The notes beneath the pieces were generated by a model. The model did not search any database and was not told where the DNA came from. It saw only the letters and a program-made list of their open reading frames with translations. From assembly GCA_044892505.1 (NCBI GenBank), contig CM097882.1:527000001-527064000 (forward strand): a stretch of DNA of 64,000 bases, read 5' to 3'. Source of the stretch: Schmidtea nova (lineage: Eukaryota). Positions 43,849 through 55,799 of the stretch are shown here, piece by piece. Positions within the stretch are counted from its first letter, which is position 1. Every line of letters starts with the position of its first letter. The position numbers and the translations under genes were made by a program.

Positions 43849-46800
43849 TTAAAAGCTGAATTTTGCTCCGCTAATTGTGGTATTCTTTGATTTGGATTTT
43901 AATGAGGAATTATATATATAATGTTTTCTACACTGAAATAGATAGTCCAATGTACATTCACAAAATTCATGAATGGGAAATTGAACATGGGAAAAGTTTT
44001 CTGGTATGAAAAGGTGTTAAAATGATCTAATATTAATTAATATTGAAACCGCCTATGAAAATGTCTAAATTGAAAGAGCAAAACAGAACTAAAAATATAT
44101 GGAAACTGCAAGAAATATAACAAAAAATTGACATTTAGTTAACCTAATTAAAATGGTTAATTTTAGTTTTATTATTGGCGATTTTAAGAGTCTGACGCGT
44201 GTAATTTGTTAGGATACATAAATTCATAATATAATAGGTGGTTTTGACAGCTGCTCCAGCTCTCACAGAATCCATGGTTCCTGGTTCCAAATCTTTACCA
44301 AGTACAACGACTGGATCCAAGGAATCACGATCAGGAATTGCCTGAATCAATTTGATATACTCATCACGATTCACAGCTCAACTACAGAGCATGGAACAAT
44401 TGGGGAATTATATTGCTGCTAATTTGTCAAATTTCATATCAAAATCCAGATTACAAGGAAAACAATCAATGCTAATTTCTCTCAAACGAGTCACTGAGTT
44501 GCCTCAAAATAGGTTTCGAATATATTAATGATGCTGATAATTAGTGATGACAATTAATGATCTTATTCTGATGATAACCCCAATTTACGATAAAGCAAGA
44601 CAAGACATTTCAAAATGCGAGAAATTATTAAACTGGCATAGATTCATAGAACCACTATGAGTCGGCAAATGTAAGTCGGGTAATTTCTGACCAAAAATAG
44701 ATTTAACAAAAATTGTTTCTGTTACTGATGATGTAAAAAAGCCTCTTCGAAAAAAAGCCTAGGAGTACTTATCAAATAGTACGCATTTTGAAAGAGAAAA
44801 ACACTTCAAATTTTTAACAAACTCTACAGCAGAATTTCATATCATTTTTCTGAAAAAGTTTGGTCCTTTAACTTCACTCTAGACCATTTTTCAATTATAG
44901 AAATAATATTTTTTTTTTAAATCTACATTTTTGCTGGGTTAAATAACGTTTCTCATTTTATATAACAGACCTTATATTAAAATTTATTTTCTAGGCGCTA
45001 AATTTCCGAGAGAACTGTTTTCGTGAGCATAATTCACATTTCCCAAAAATTTGCTGAATTGTTCTATAAATTTCTTTAATTAAATAATTTATTAAATTAA
45101 TCTTATTATATAAATAAATTATATAAACATACGAAAATCACCTTAAAAGTACCGAGCAATTCAAGGTAATTATTAGAACCAATTGTTTAATATATTAAAG
45201 TCACAAGGTTTATCATGCAATTCTAAATTTAATGATATTCGTTTTAGTTGCAATCTAATGGATTCTTTCATGTTTTTGTTCAACAACCTATTTATTGGTT
45301 CAATCCTTTCATAATGTAAGTCACCAGAGTCAATTTTTCCTCTGAATTTTACTGATTTATTTTGTCAGTTGATCTTTATGCATGATGAGTCTTTTCATCT
45401 TTTCGAATGATTTCTTGTTGTATTGAATAGATTTGTAATAGTTTGATGAGTGTATCGAAATTAACTATATCATCGTTACACACCATCAATTAAAATAGTT
45501 TCTGATATCGCAATGTTCACAATAATTTCATAAATTCTCATTTTCTTTCAATTTTAAATGTAATAGCTGCACAACAACCCTTCAATTTTCCTATTTTTGA
45601 GGGTCACCAAGCACGGGTAAGCTTAACATCTTTAAATATGGTCATGTTTGCTGTGTAATCATCAATTTTCCGATAGGATAAAACGTTGGACCCAGTATTG
45701 AAGAGTCAATTTTTATGCGTTTTGTTACTAAATACAAAGCACTCAATTGGACTTTCGAGAGGAGTCCTAGACAATAATAAAATAGCCGAACATTGTTATC
45801 GACGGAAAATGCTTAAATTATAGCAGAATAGTGTTCGTTGTAACTGCTTAAATATTCCAATAATAATACCAACTGACATAATAAGAGATTAGGATCTTAA
45901 ATGCGTAGTAAAAAATTTCGAATATTTCAAAAAAAAACATTCAAAACCACAATAAACTGATTGAATTAGAATATAGAAACACCAATCATAATTTAACTAG
46001 TGGGTAAATTTATAAAAAGTACAAATGTAAAAGGCAGCGGTATTGGAGCCGACTGGTCAGAAGAGTACCAGAGCATTTCCATTTGACAAATACATACCAA
46101 GTGAAAAAACGAGATCCACACTGGTATGATACAACTTGGTCAATAATAATAATAATAATAATAAAAAAAATTTATATATTCGTATTTATAAAATAGCGTA
46201 TAAGGTTAAACCGACAATACGCTCTAAATATGAAAATTTATATTTTAATTTTAGAAAATAATATACATTCGAATCAGCCAAAGAGACAATTGACAGCTTA
46301 ACAAAAAACTCAGATAAGCAATTAGAAAACCCAAATAATCAATCCACTTCTCCGTCTACAATATTTACAACCAATCCCAAACAAACATGAATTCAAATCA
46401 CCCTCATTATTACCAATCAAGAACTTACCAGAAATACACATGCTTCATAAACAAACTCAATGTGAGTTTCTATAAAAACCTCCAAAACAAGATATGCACA
46501 GGCGGGACCACAATTACAAATAAATGAAGATATGATCAATTAAAGAATATCCTTTACTCATCAAGATTTATCAACAGAAGAGACATTCGTTAATTGTATT
46601 TGTAGACGTCAAAATAGTCCAAGATATAAACAAAAATCTCAAATTAGTAGAGGCCTATATTATAAATGAAAAAGGGACAACCTTGTACAACAAATTCATT
46701 ACCCCAAGAACAAAGTTGGAAATATTTTATACCGAAAAAAAATAAAAGCTAAAAAAGAGAAAATAATAGGAAACGAAGACGAGTACAAAACACGGAACGA

Positions 46801-48019
46801 AATTATAAATCTTCTTTACGGAAAAGATAACATTATCGGCAAACAAAAATCATAAGCTATGAATCTGAACAACATCAAAACAAAATCGATGAATCCGAAC
46901 ATAGAACTCCATCAATCGTTCACCAATCAATCCGACCAATATACATACAATTAACTCTGTCATAATCATTTATTTTGACTAGTATTAATTAACTGTATAA
47001 ATCTTATTTTATGGAATATGGAATTTTTATTATATAACAAATAAAATTTTATTTTGTAAATATTGAACATTTTGTTTTTATAACAAACATCTGAAGTATT
47101 TTTAAACTGTAAATATTGAATTTATTATTAAGTAGCGATTTGAAGTGATTTAATAACAGCTGAAATAATTTTGTAATTAATTTTCAACGAATAAATATAC
47201 ACAAAAATATTTCTAATATTTTAAATTAACCACTTAAAATAAATGTTTAATTTAACGGGTAAAGAAAATTAGCAAACGAAAAGATTATAAAATTGCCATA
47301 AAAACTAAATTATTGCGTTTCAAACTATTTCGAAGATTAATTCGGAGAAATAATTAAAATCGATTAGACAAAAAGCTCTACATATTTTTGGGTTAATTGC
47401 ATTCACTACACAGCATAAATTACATTGGTTAGCGCAGCTGATAAAAACAGACATTAAATCAAAACTAATGAATTAATATTAAGATAATTAGGAACATAAA
47501 ATAAATATAAAATAATTAAAAGAGAACAAAAGATAATAAATGAGTTAGAAAAATAATATTATCAAAAAAGGAAAATTAAATTGTATAAAAACTAAAAAAC
47601 CCTTGAACAGGTACAGCTGTAAAGAAAAAGATAATAAAATTAGGAAATAAATTAATTATTTCTAAAATTAAATTATAAATATAAATTAACAGGAAAAAGT
47701 AATTAACAAGATAATCCAAATTTATATTAAATTTAATAATTTGACCAATAATAATACGTGAATAAATCTGATTGGTCAATGGAACGTCGAAAGTAATATA
47801 TAAATAAGACATAATCCGTAAGCATCAGCAATTAGACCAAGCATTAGATCAAGTATAAAACTTAGCATCACAATTTAGCTATTTTAATCTTATTGCGTTA
47901 AATAACATTAAACCACCTCTGCGTTTCATCAACTCACCTTGCAATTTGTGGATCATTCGGAAAACCTTTGTAAGCTTAGATAGTTCATTGTAAATAATTG
48001 TTATTTAATAAATATTTGA

Positions 48020-48914
48020 GGTACTATAGGGTTATCCGGGACCAATTTTACAAGTTTTACATTTTCTATCGAATTTTTGTTTGATTTTCATTTATTTTAA
48101 ATTTAATCCATAAATCTCTTTGAACTGCCACGTACTGAAGCTTCCTGCAAGTTAATGGACTCCTGCCTTCGATTCGCTTATGTAAGAACGGCCACGAAAT
48201 GAAGCTAACAATCAGCACTGATATCAAATGGCGATGCCGAAAGCAGGGATGTACTTAGACAATCAAGATGAGAATAGGTAACTTCTTTGAGAGATCGCGT
48301 CTACCATTCGACACGGCCGTTCGCTTCATCTATAGCTGGGCTCTGACGTACTAGTCAGGCAAGTTCTGCAGGCGCGAATGTGGAATGGAGCGTGATGCAT
48401 CTTCTGAAGTTACTGAAGTCACTGCGAAAGATTGGTGGTCCGAGCTTGATCGTCGAGATAGATGAGAGCATGTTCGTGCTATTGGGGAGAATATAGAAGA
48501 TGCCTCTATCATCTACTCAGACAACTGGAGAGTTTACAGGACTTTTGATCTGGAGAAAGCCAACTTCGAGCATTTCAAAGTGAACCATCGATACAACTTC
48601 GTCGATCCGGAAACTGGAGCGCACACACAGGCCGTTGAGCGAATGTGAGATTCCGCGAAATGGAGGAAAAAGAAGCATCGTGGGACTGCTCGTCACCCCC
48701 TGGAGAGCTACCTATCTGAGTTCATGTGTCGCCAAGAAGCCAAAGACGAAGACCCGTTTGATTGGATCCTGAAGCTACTGCGTGAATTTTGGACGCCGGA
48801 AGAGTGACATTTTGCTATTATTCTGTTCTTTCGAACAACAAGAATAAATATTTATCTTTTATCTACTCAATTTTTATAATTTGAAAAATTGGTCCCGGAT
48901 AACACTATAGTACC
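48020..48914 (+). mobile_element. Merlin (IS1595/ISXO2-like) DNA transposon, internally deleted and decayed
   Basis: ~30-bp TIRs GGTACTATAGGGTTATCCGGGACCAATTTT, 8-bp TSD ATATTTGA, motifs EIDESMF, IYSDNWRVY, VNHRYNFVDPETGAHTQAVE, YLSEFM. Confidence 0.92.
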
Positions 48915-49531
48915 ATATTTGAAATTAAAGATGTTTTGGTTTTTAATTATTATGCATATTCATGTTTTGATTCGTACAAAAATTATTTTTTGAAATTGGA
49001 GACGGCTTAGAGAAGAACATCAAAAATTTTTACTACAATTCATTGAACTTCTTATTCCCCTGAAGTTATTCCAATATATGGTACTTATTGGATGACCTTC
49101 AAAGAGGCTTTGCTTGTCATAGACAAGTAGGCCAATCAGAATTACGAAAAATGAATTTCACTATGATTAGAAGGCTGGAGTGGTTCAAGGACATCAAGAT
49201 GAACAGTACAGGTTACAGTTTTGGGATAGGATGTCGAACTTAGTGAGAAAAATGGTTTTTAGCAGGAACTTGTAGAATTATTCGTGATAAGAAATGTTTA
49301 GTTTATTCAAAATTTGATAGTGATAGTTACTGATAATTTGTGTTTTATTGCAAAAAAATAACCTGTCATTTGTATGATGATATTATAATTTAAGAAACGC
49401 ACGGAGTATAATTCAAATCTAACGAAATTAACATATAATTTAGTATTGTAGGAAATTTTACTATTTTAGTTTTTAAAAAAAAATTATCCTACTTTAAATT
49501 TTAACAATAATTCAAAATGAATTTATCTTAC

Positions 49532-49683
49532 CAATTATATTGAAAAATCCAAAAGCTCGATTTATATTGATTGTTGAAATGAGCTGCAAAGAACCGTTAT
49601 ATACATTAAAAACAAAAGCCAAAACGAATGGAAGTAATGGCATAGGTTGACTATTTTTAATCAAATTTGAATAAATAATTGAT
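49532..49683 (-). CDS. SRD5A1: SRD5A1/2-like, exon 2
   Basis: TTTCAG acceptor; RSIIYSNLIKNSQPMPLLPFVLAFVFNVYNGSLQ..; GTAAG donor. Phases match exons 1 and 3. Intron 2 is 20,611 nt. Confidence 0.9.
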
Positions 49684-49734
49684 CTGAAATTAAAAAATTA
49701 TTATTCAATATCAACTGCAAGATAATAAATTAAC

Positions 49735-50036
49735 CTATTAAAATAATGGATAAAATATAATAAATAGAAATAGTTAAATGTTTTCAAATGAAAATAATTT
49801 TTCAGAAAAAGAAAAATAAGAAATATTAAAACAGGAGGAAATTCCATTAAAACCCAAGCTAGTTTTGCAGGTATTTGTGGGCCAAATTTATAATTTGAAT
49901 ACCGGCCGTAAGGCGCATTGTATTTAAGTAATACACAAAATGTAACAAAACCAACAAAGATCATCCAATAACTCAGAAAAAATAAAATAATGTGTTCATA
50001 ATGACTATAAAAATGAAGAAGACTATTAAATTCCAT
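49735..50036 (-). CDS. SRD5A1: SRD5A1/2-like, exon 1 (spliced product 259 aa)
   Basis: APYGRY..IPAKLAWVLME.P..HYFNR motifs; GT donor at 49734. The four exons sum to 780 nt in frame. Confidence 0.93.
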
Positions 50037-50081
50037 TTTTTAAAAAATTAAGTATGGATGTTATAAATAATAAAACAAAGA

Positions 50082-50575
50082 AAATATTATGTAAAATGGA
50101 TAATATTTAGTCTCAAATTTTTATCAAAAATCTGAAGTATATTAAAAGAAAACTTTTAATTATTTCAATATTTGATAATTCAAAACAATCTTATTAATTT
50201 TTCAATCATGTAATTAGAAATTAATATTTATTAACTATTGTTACAAATAATAATAGACAATTACAAGTATATTTAACTAGTATAAATTATGCAATGAAAA
50301 TTTTAAACTTTTTACAAAATAAATTATAATTATCAAGTTTTTAAACTCACTTATTAATCATCTTTCAAAATATAAAAATGAAGGAAATATTATGTAAAAT
50401 GGATAATATTTAGTCTCACATTTTATTAAAAATCTGAAGGCTATTAAAAGAAAACTTTTAATTATTTCAATATTTGATAATTCAAATAAACTTTTTTTTT
50501 AAACTTTTTACAAAATAAATTAAAATTATCAAGTTTTAAACTCGCTTATTAATCATGTTTCAAAATATAAAATGT
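50082..50575. repeat. Local tandem duplication in the divergent SRD5A/TUBGCP4 promoter region
   Basis: 50082-50184 resembles 50385-50486, and 50303-50380 resembles 50499-50574. Confidence 0.8.
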
Positions 50576-50645
50576 TTTAATAATAGTATTTTTCAAAATT
50601 ATTTTTTTTAATTGGTTATATTAATTTATTTATCTTCAATAATAA

Positions 50646-52613
50646 ATGCTCCAAGAATTTCTTACAGCACTCAACGGAATCACTGGCAACATATTTATTG
50701 AAGACAACAATGGAATCATTAAAATTTTCAACGAAATCCCCTTTGTGGTTCCTTCTGAACAAAGTCTCATGAATGATGTCTGCATTTTAGGAACGTATTA
50801 TAAAAGAATGCAAAAATTCATAAATTCATTCTCCAGTCCTTTGATAGAGAAAGAAACCAGTGGATTGTATAAGATATCTCTAGCATATGGTGTGTCAATG
50901 GCTTTAGAAGAATATAGAAATGAATTGATTGCTATTCAACAAGAACTTCTTATAGATCCTTTTCTTTCTGTTTCTTATATAAAAGCTAAACTCTATGATT
51001 ATTTTATCTTGTTTCCTACTCTGTGGAAAATTTTAGATGGGGTTAAGGAAAACAATCGTCGAGGTTGTCAGATTTTAGATGCTGTTTTCAATAATATTCC
51101 AATTGGAAATCCTCACATAAAAGATATTTTAAACACCATACTAAAGCGTTGCAATCACACACTATACAGACAAATATCTTCTTGGATTTTACAGGGAGCA
51201 CTTTTCGATCCTTATGAAGAGTTTTTCATCACAGCAATTGAGAAAACAGATGAACAGCAAAGTAAATCCAATAATGAAACAGAAATTCCTCAATACGACC
51301 AACAACCGATTTTAATTGATAAAATGAACAAACATCAAATATCATCATTAGTTTATCGGTCGAATGAGCGAAAACGAGTGAATGGTTTTAAGATCAATGA
51401 GAAAAATATTCCTTGTTTTATTCCTATTTCTTTGGTGAAAAAAATACTTTTCATTGGAGAATCTGTTCATTTTTTTGATAGAAATCGAACGAGTATTTTG
51501 ATAAACGATTGGACTGATTCCAATGAAGGTAACAAATTAAAGAGTGAATTATCGGAAAATTTTACACAACAGTTAAACAATTTAAAGAAAATCAGTGGAT
51601 TTAACTTGTTGAAAGTTCAAGAAGTTGTGGAAAATGTTGAGAAATACATCCTGAGTCGAATGTGGAGTTTATTGGTTGAAGAAAATGGATTTCTGGAAGA
51701 ATATTTCAATGAAATAAAGGATTATTTGTTGCTCGGTCGAGGGGAATTGTTTATCGTGTTTATTACGAATATGGAGAAGAATTTGATAAATGGTCAGATT
51801 ATGAACTCAACTGAAGCGGCGATAAATAAAGAGTTTCTCGAAGCAGCGAGGTCGGTGTTTCTTGATGACGAAAAAACCCTCAGTAAATTCCGGTTTGTGC
51901 TGAATAAGAACTCGACTGAAACCTCCTTGAAATGGGAAGACATCGAGTTGACATACAGTGTCCGTTGGCCGTTTCATATCGTGTTTACAGCGGACATTAT
52001 GAAGAACTATAACGATTTATTTCAGTTCTTGATCATGATCAAACGAACACAAATGCGATTGAACGGCTTGTCATCTATCAAATCGATCCGCGGACTGTCG
52101 CACACCATCCAGTGGACATTGAAGAATCACATGAGCTTTTTCATCAATCACCTCCAGTATTACATCCAGGTCGATGTTATCGAATCGCAAATGTCGTTAT
52201 TCAAGAAAAAAGTCCTGGAAAATCGCGACATTGAAGTTTTGAAATCGACTCACGAAAGTCATGTCAATACTCTCAAAGCTCATTTGTTCCTGTTCAATTC
52301 GGTAATTCTCCGGGGCTTGTCGGACATTTGTCATGTCTGTGTGGAGTACAGCGACTTGATCGAGCTGAATTCGAGGCTCGACACGAACCAGTTGGCCAAT
52401 ATCAACTCCAAATTGATTATGCTGCAAAATCGGTTTCATTCCTTATCGACAACCCTCTATAATATATTCACAAATGTCGAAGGCAGCATCAGCTCGAATC
52501 CTCACCTGAGGAAGTTATTGCTCCAATTAGATTATAATTTGTTTTTCAGTGCACTTGGATCACAGATCGGATCAATGAAAAAAAATGTACTTGTAAAAAA
52601 ATATACTGTTTAA
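50646..52613 (+). CDS. TUBGCP4: Gamma-tubulin complex component 4, single exon, 655 aa
   Basis: MLQEFLTALNG, YRQISSWILQGALFDPYEEFFI, KILFIGESV, DYLLLGRGELF, LTYSVRWPFHIVFT, YYIQVDVIESQ, LLLQLDYN. Confidence 0.93.
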   Translation: MLQEFLTALNGITGNIFIEDNNGIIKIFNEIPFVVPSEQSLMNDVCILGTYYKRMQKFINSFSSPLIEKETSGLYKISLAYGVSMALEEYRNELIAIQQELLIDPFLSVSYIKAKLYDYFILFPTLWKILDGVKENNRRGCQILDAVFNNIPIGNPHIKDILNTILKRCNHTLYRQISSWILQGALFDPYEEFFITAIEKTDEQQSKSNNETEIPQYDQQPILIDKMNKHQISSLVYRSNERKRVNGFKINEKNIPCFIPISLVKKILFIGESVHFFDRNRTSILINDWTDSNEGNKLKSELSENFTQQLNNLKKISGFNLLKVQEVVENVEKYILSRMWSLLVEENGFLEEYFNEIKDYLLLGRGELFIVFITNMEKNLINGQIMNSTEAAINKEFLEAARSVFLDDEKTLSKFRFVLNKNSTETSLKWEDIELTYSVRWPFHIVFTADIMKNYNDLFQFLIMIKRTQMRLNGLSSIKSIRGLSHTIQWTLKNHMSFFINHLQYYIQVDVIESQMSLFKKKVLENRDIEVLKSTHESHVNTLKAHLFLFNSVILRGLSDICHVCVEYSDLIELNSRLDTNQLANINSKLIMLQNRFHSLSTTLYNIFTNVEGSISSNPHLRKLLLQLDYNLFFSALGSQIGSMKKNVLVKKYTV

Positions 52614-52999
52614 TTTATCTTTGCTTGCTTTATTACATTTTAATTTAATGTCCCTTTACGAAACAGATTTTTACCGATCATTAATAATAGCGTGTGAGAC
52701 ACCGTTTTTTGCATGGTTGCCGTTACTGTGACAATTGAACAAATTCAATGTCCAGCATTCATTGGGATGGACAACTAAATTCAATATACTATTTGAATTA
52801 TTCGTTTTGAGGAGTTTAAAAAGGAAATAAAAACGGCTTTATTATCCAAACTCAAACGCAATTCGAATAAGACTGATCGCGAACCCTGAGAATTGACGTT
52901 TCCCCATTCAGGTACAGGCAGCATCATTTGAGATTAGGTAAATCCAAATAAAGTATTTCAACACCAACAATCGATAAGAAATTGTAAAATATTAAAATG

Positions 53000-55320
53000 T
53001 ATGGGTTATTGTGAAAAAATCAAAACCCAAATCTGTACGCTTACTGGATTTTCTATTTCTGAAATACACTTCCTTGCTCTCTGGGGTCCAACACACACAT
53101 AAAAGCTTTACTGTTCATGCACCCGTGAATTACGCTAATCATTCACGTTGGTAATGTACATAACAGCCGATCGCAAGTCAGCAGGTGAGCTCCTTTACAA
53201 GAACTACTCCTGACTTGTCGCATCGTTCGGGTTCTAGCTTGACCGATAGAAGGTCTCATTCATACTACCCCTCACCCATCGCTGGTCACTCTTTCGGGTG
53301 TTCGCTTACGGTTTCTTACCTCGCTTCTTTATTCCATTATACTACGAGTTCACGTCCGCTGCATTTCTTTTTAATTATTTAGTGGTTTATATTTCCTAAA
53401 ACCCGGTGATTTACAACTATTGTTACTATTATTTAATTATAAGAGGACTTTATTTGAAGAAACAACACGAAATTTCATATACATATATTTTTATCTCTAT
53501 CTTATTACAATCTAATTAACCAGGATTTCTGAGTCTTTCGCGAATTTGGTCGGTTGATGTCCATCCCGGTGGTTACTTTATTCGCCTCGATTCCCAATTT
53601 CAGCTTCATCTGGTGACGCCGTTGCGCATGTGATTTTATTCTCTTCTGTTTTGGCAGCTGGGCTGTCGTTGTCGCCTCTATGGCTGTACTCTCCAGTTGA
53701 TCCGGCTTGGTAAACCATCTCTCTAGTGTTATTGGCCGAATCAAATCCCTCAGATTTTCGAAAAATAACTATTCTCGATGTCGATAATTCTTCTTTTCAA
53801 CTGTCCCGGCGTTTTTTCATTGTTAGCCATAGTTTCCTATGTAATGAAAGAAAATTCTAACTGGATGATTCTATCTAACAGTAATACTGATAATCTTATG
53901 CAACTCCAACTCGGTTTGTATAAAACTACTCTACCTTTTATCAATCACCTTCCACGGCCTTCCTTGGACACCCCTCCCTTGGTCATTTCTGTTTGACTAT
54001 TTCTGACTTAATACCCAACCCGCATTACCTTGTTCATTATTTTTCAAGCTGAATTTTCCTACTTATTATATGTTACGATGTCCTCTGATCTTTAGCGTTC
54101 TAATTAGGTTATCTACGCTTACACTATACTGCAAATTTCGGTAAATAAAAGTTTTATATAGTCATGTTAATACTTAAAAATGATTGATAATAACACATAA
54201 AAGCTGTTTATGTGTTATAGGTATATAATTTAAACATTCAACATAACATAACAATTTAAATTAGTCAATTTCGATAGTTTCTATATCGCTGGAAGTTCTA
54301 TCCTATTCACTCAAGGTCGAAGGGCTGAATGAAGAGTCGGTGGGGCTTGGTGTGGGGGCGGGAGCGAACACGAATCGTCCCGTGCCTAGAAATTCGGCTT
54401 GGAATATCTCACCTTTGAAATATATCTAAAATCTCTCTGGAATTTCAGTGGGAGTTTCTACAAAATATTTTGCTGCATTAGGCCAGAAAGGGTGATCCAC
54501 GTCGATCGGCCACTCCTTGCTGCCATGCCATATGATGTCTGCCGGGCTGTCTCGGAATAAACTAAAAGGAGAGACAGCCCGGTTTGGGATATTTTTGAGC
54601 GGCATATGCATAACCAAATAATTATTGTAAACGTCTGGATTTGCAGTTGATATACTGGTGGTGGCCGACTCTCCTCTGGTACCCCGAACTTGTAATCCAG
54701 TGTGGAACATGCTTGTTACTAAAAATACGAAAATAATGTTATATATAATATACAAACGGGTCCCTCGAATTTCCTTAGTCTAGTATTCACTTGAATCATT
54801 GATAATCGAGAGTGTTAGTTGTTGGTTCAAATTTGGTTTGAAATTCATTATCCTAAATTGATTGTTCAGGTACTTATTTAAGTACGGTATTCTCCTGTTA
54901 GAATTTACATGTTAATTGTCAGGGTTTTTATAACACCATTTCGCCATATGGACGTGGTAAATTTTTGTAATGGTCGGTTTAACTTTATTTGCAGTAAGAT
55001 TGAGCGTTTGACAATGTCGCGATCTATGCATTTCTAGGAATTTTATTCCCTGCGAAATCATTTAATTGTCTGTCGACTTTCCCGGTAATTGTCAGTCTCT
55101 TATCCATTCTATAATTATCATTTCTTATTCTTCCGGTAATTAAATCCCCTTTGTCGGTATCTCTAGTCAGGAAAGTAATACTCTCGGCGGTACTCTCACC
55201 ATGCGCCACTACAATTATCGTTATCGGCCAACTTGGTATTTGATAATTATCTCCGCTCATCGGAAACAAATCGCCAGCACGCTGATAATCCTCCTCCTGT
55301 GTCAATCAACTGTCAACTAA
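53000..55320 (-). mobile_element. Decayed LTR of a related giant-element family carrying ORF-A and ORF-B homologues
   Basis: Minus-strand order: MTQEEDYQR.., FSLFRDSPADIIWHGSKEWPIDV, ENLRDLIRPITLERW..KLGIE, then U5-like motifs (ACCTTCTA, GCTCACCTGC, TACCAAC, TTTTATGT) matching 1737-1895. Boundaries approximate. Confidence 0.65.
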
Positions 55321-55799
55321 GATGAATGTGATAAAGCATATGAAATTTAAATGGGTTTTTAAATTAATGGGAACAAACTCTCTCCGACAAGTTCAACACG
55401 ATAATTTAGAACGGGAATTGGAAAGGCTTTCTCTACAATGGAATAATTGAATGGCATTCCAAAATTTGTGATCATTTATGGAAATACTCCGCGTTCTACG
55501 GCGAAATTTTATTTGTGGTTTAATCATCAACTATTTAACCTCAGGTATGTACACTTCGGTGGGGCTAAGTACAAAAAATCCTGGGGATCGGGTTGTTCAC
55601 CCCCACTCTCTAACCTGATGATGTAAGGTTATTTTAGGGTTTCGGTCGTGCTCGACGTTTTTCGCGATTTTCTGTGCGTTTATTGCTACGTAACAGGATT
55701 TCGGAAGACTACTGCCGCTTTCTGACATTCACCATTTGAACTGACTATACAATAAAAAGGTCTTCACGGAGTAACCTATCTCCGCCCCATGCCGAGACA

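Noticed and set aside
45300-45800. Minus-strand LFNTGSNV resembling a retroviral protease motif
   Set aside because: Too degraded (many stops, catalytic D absent) to annotate with confidence.
47576-47812. Minus-strand ORF ending ..SRIIIG that looked like an SRD5A middle exon
   Set aside because: No usable acceptor and an in-frame stop upstream. The true exon 2 at 49532-49683 already joins exons 1 and 3 in phase.
55610-55720. CTGATGA near the Penelope relic as a possible hammerhead ribozyme
   Set aside because: No correctly placed GAAA and stems on the same strand.
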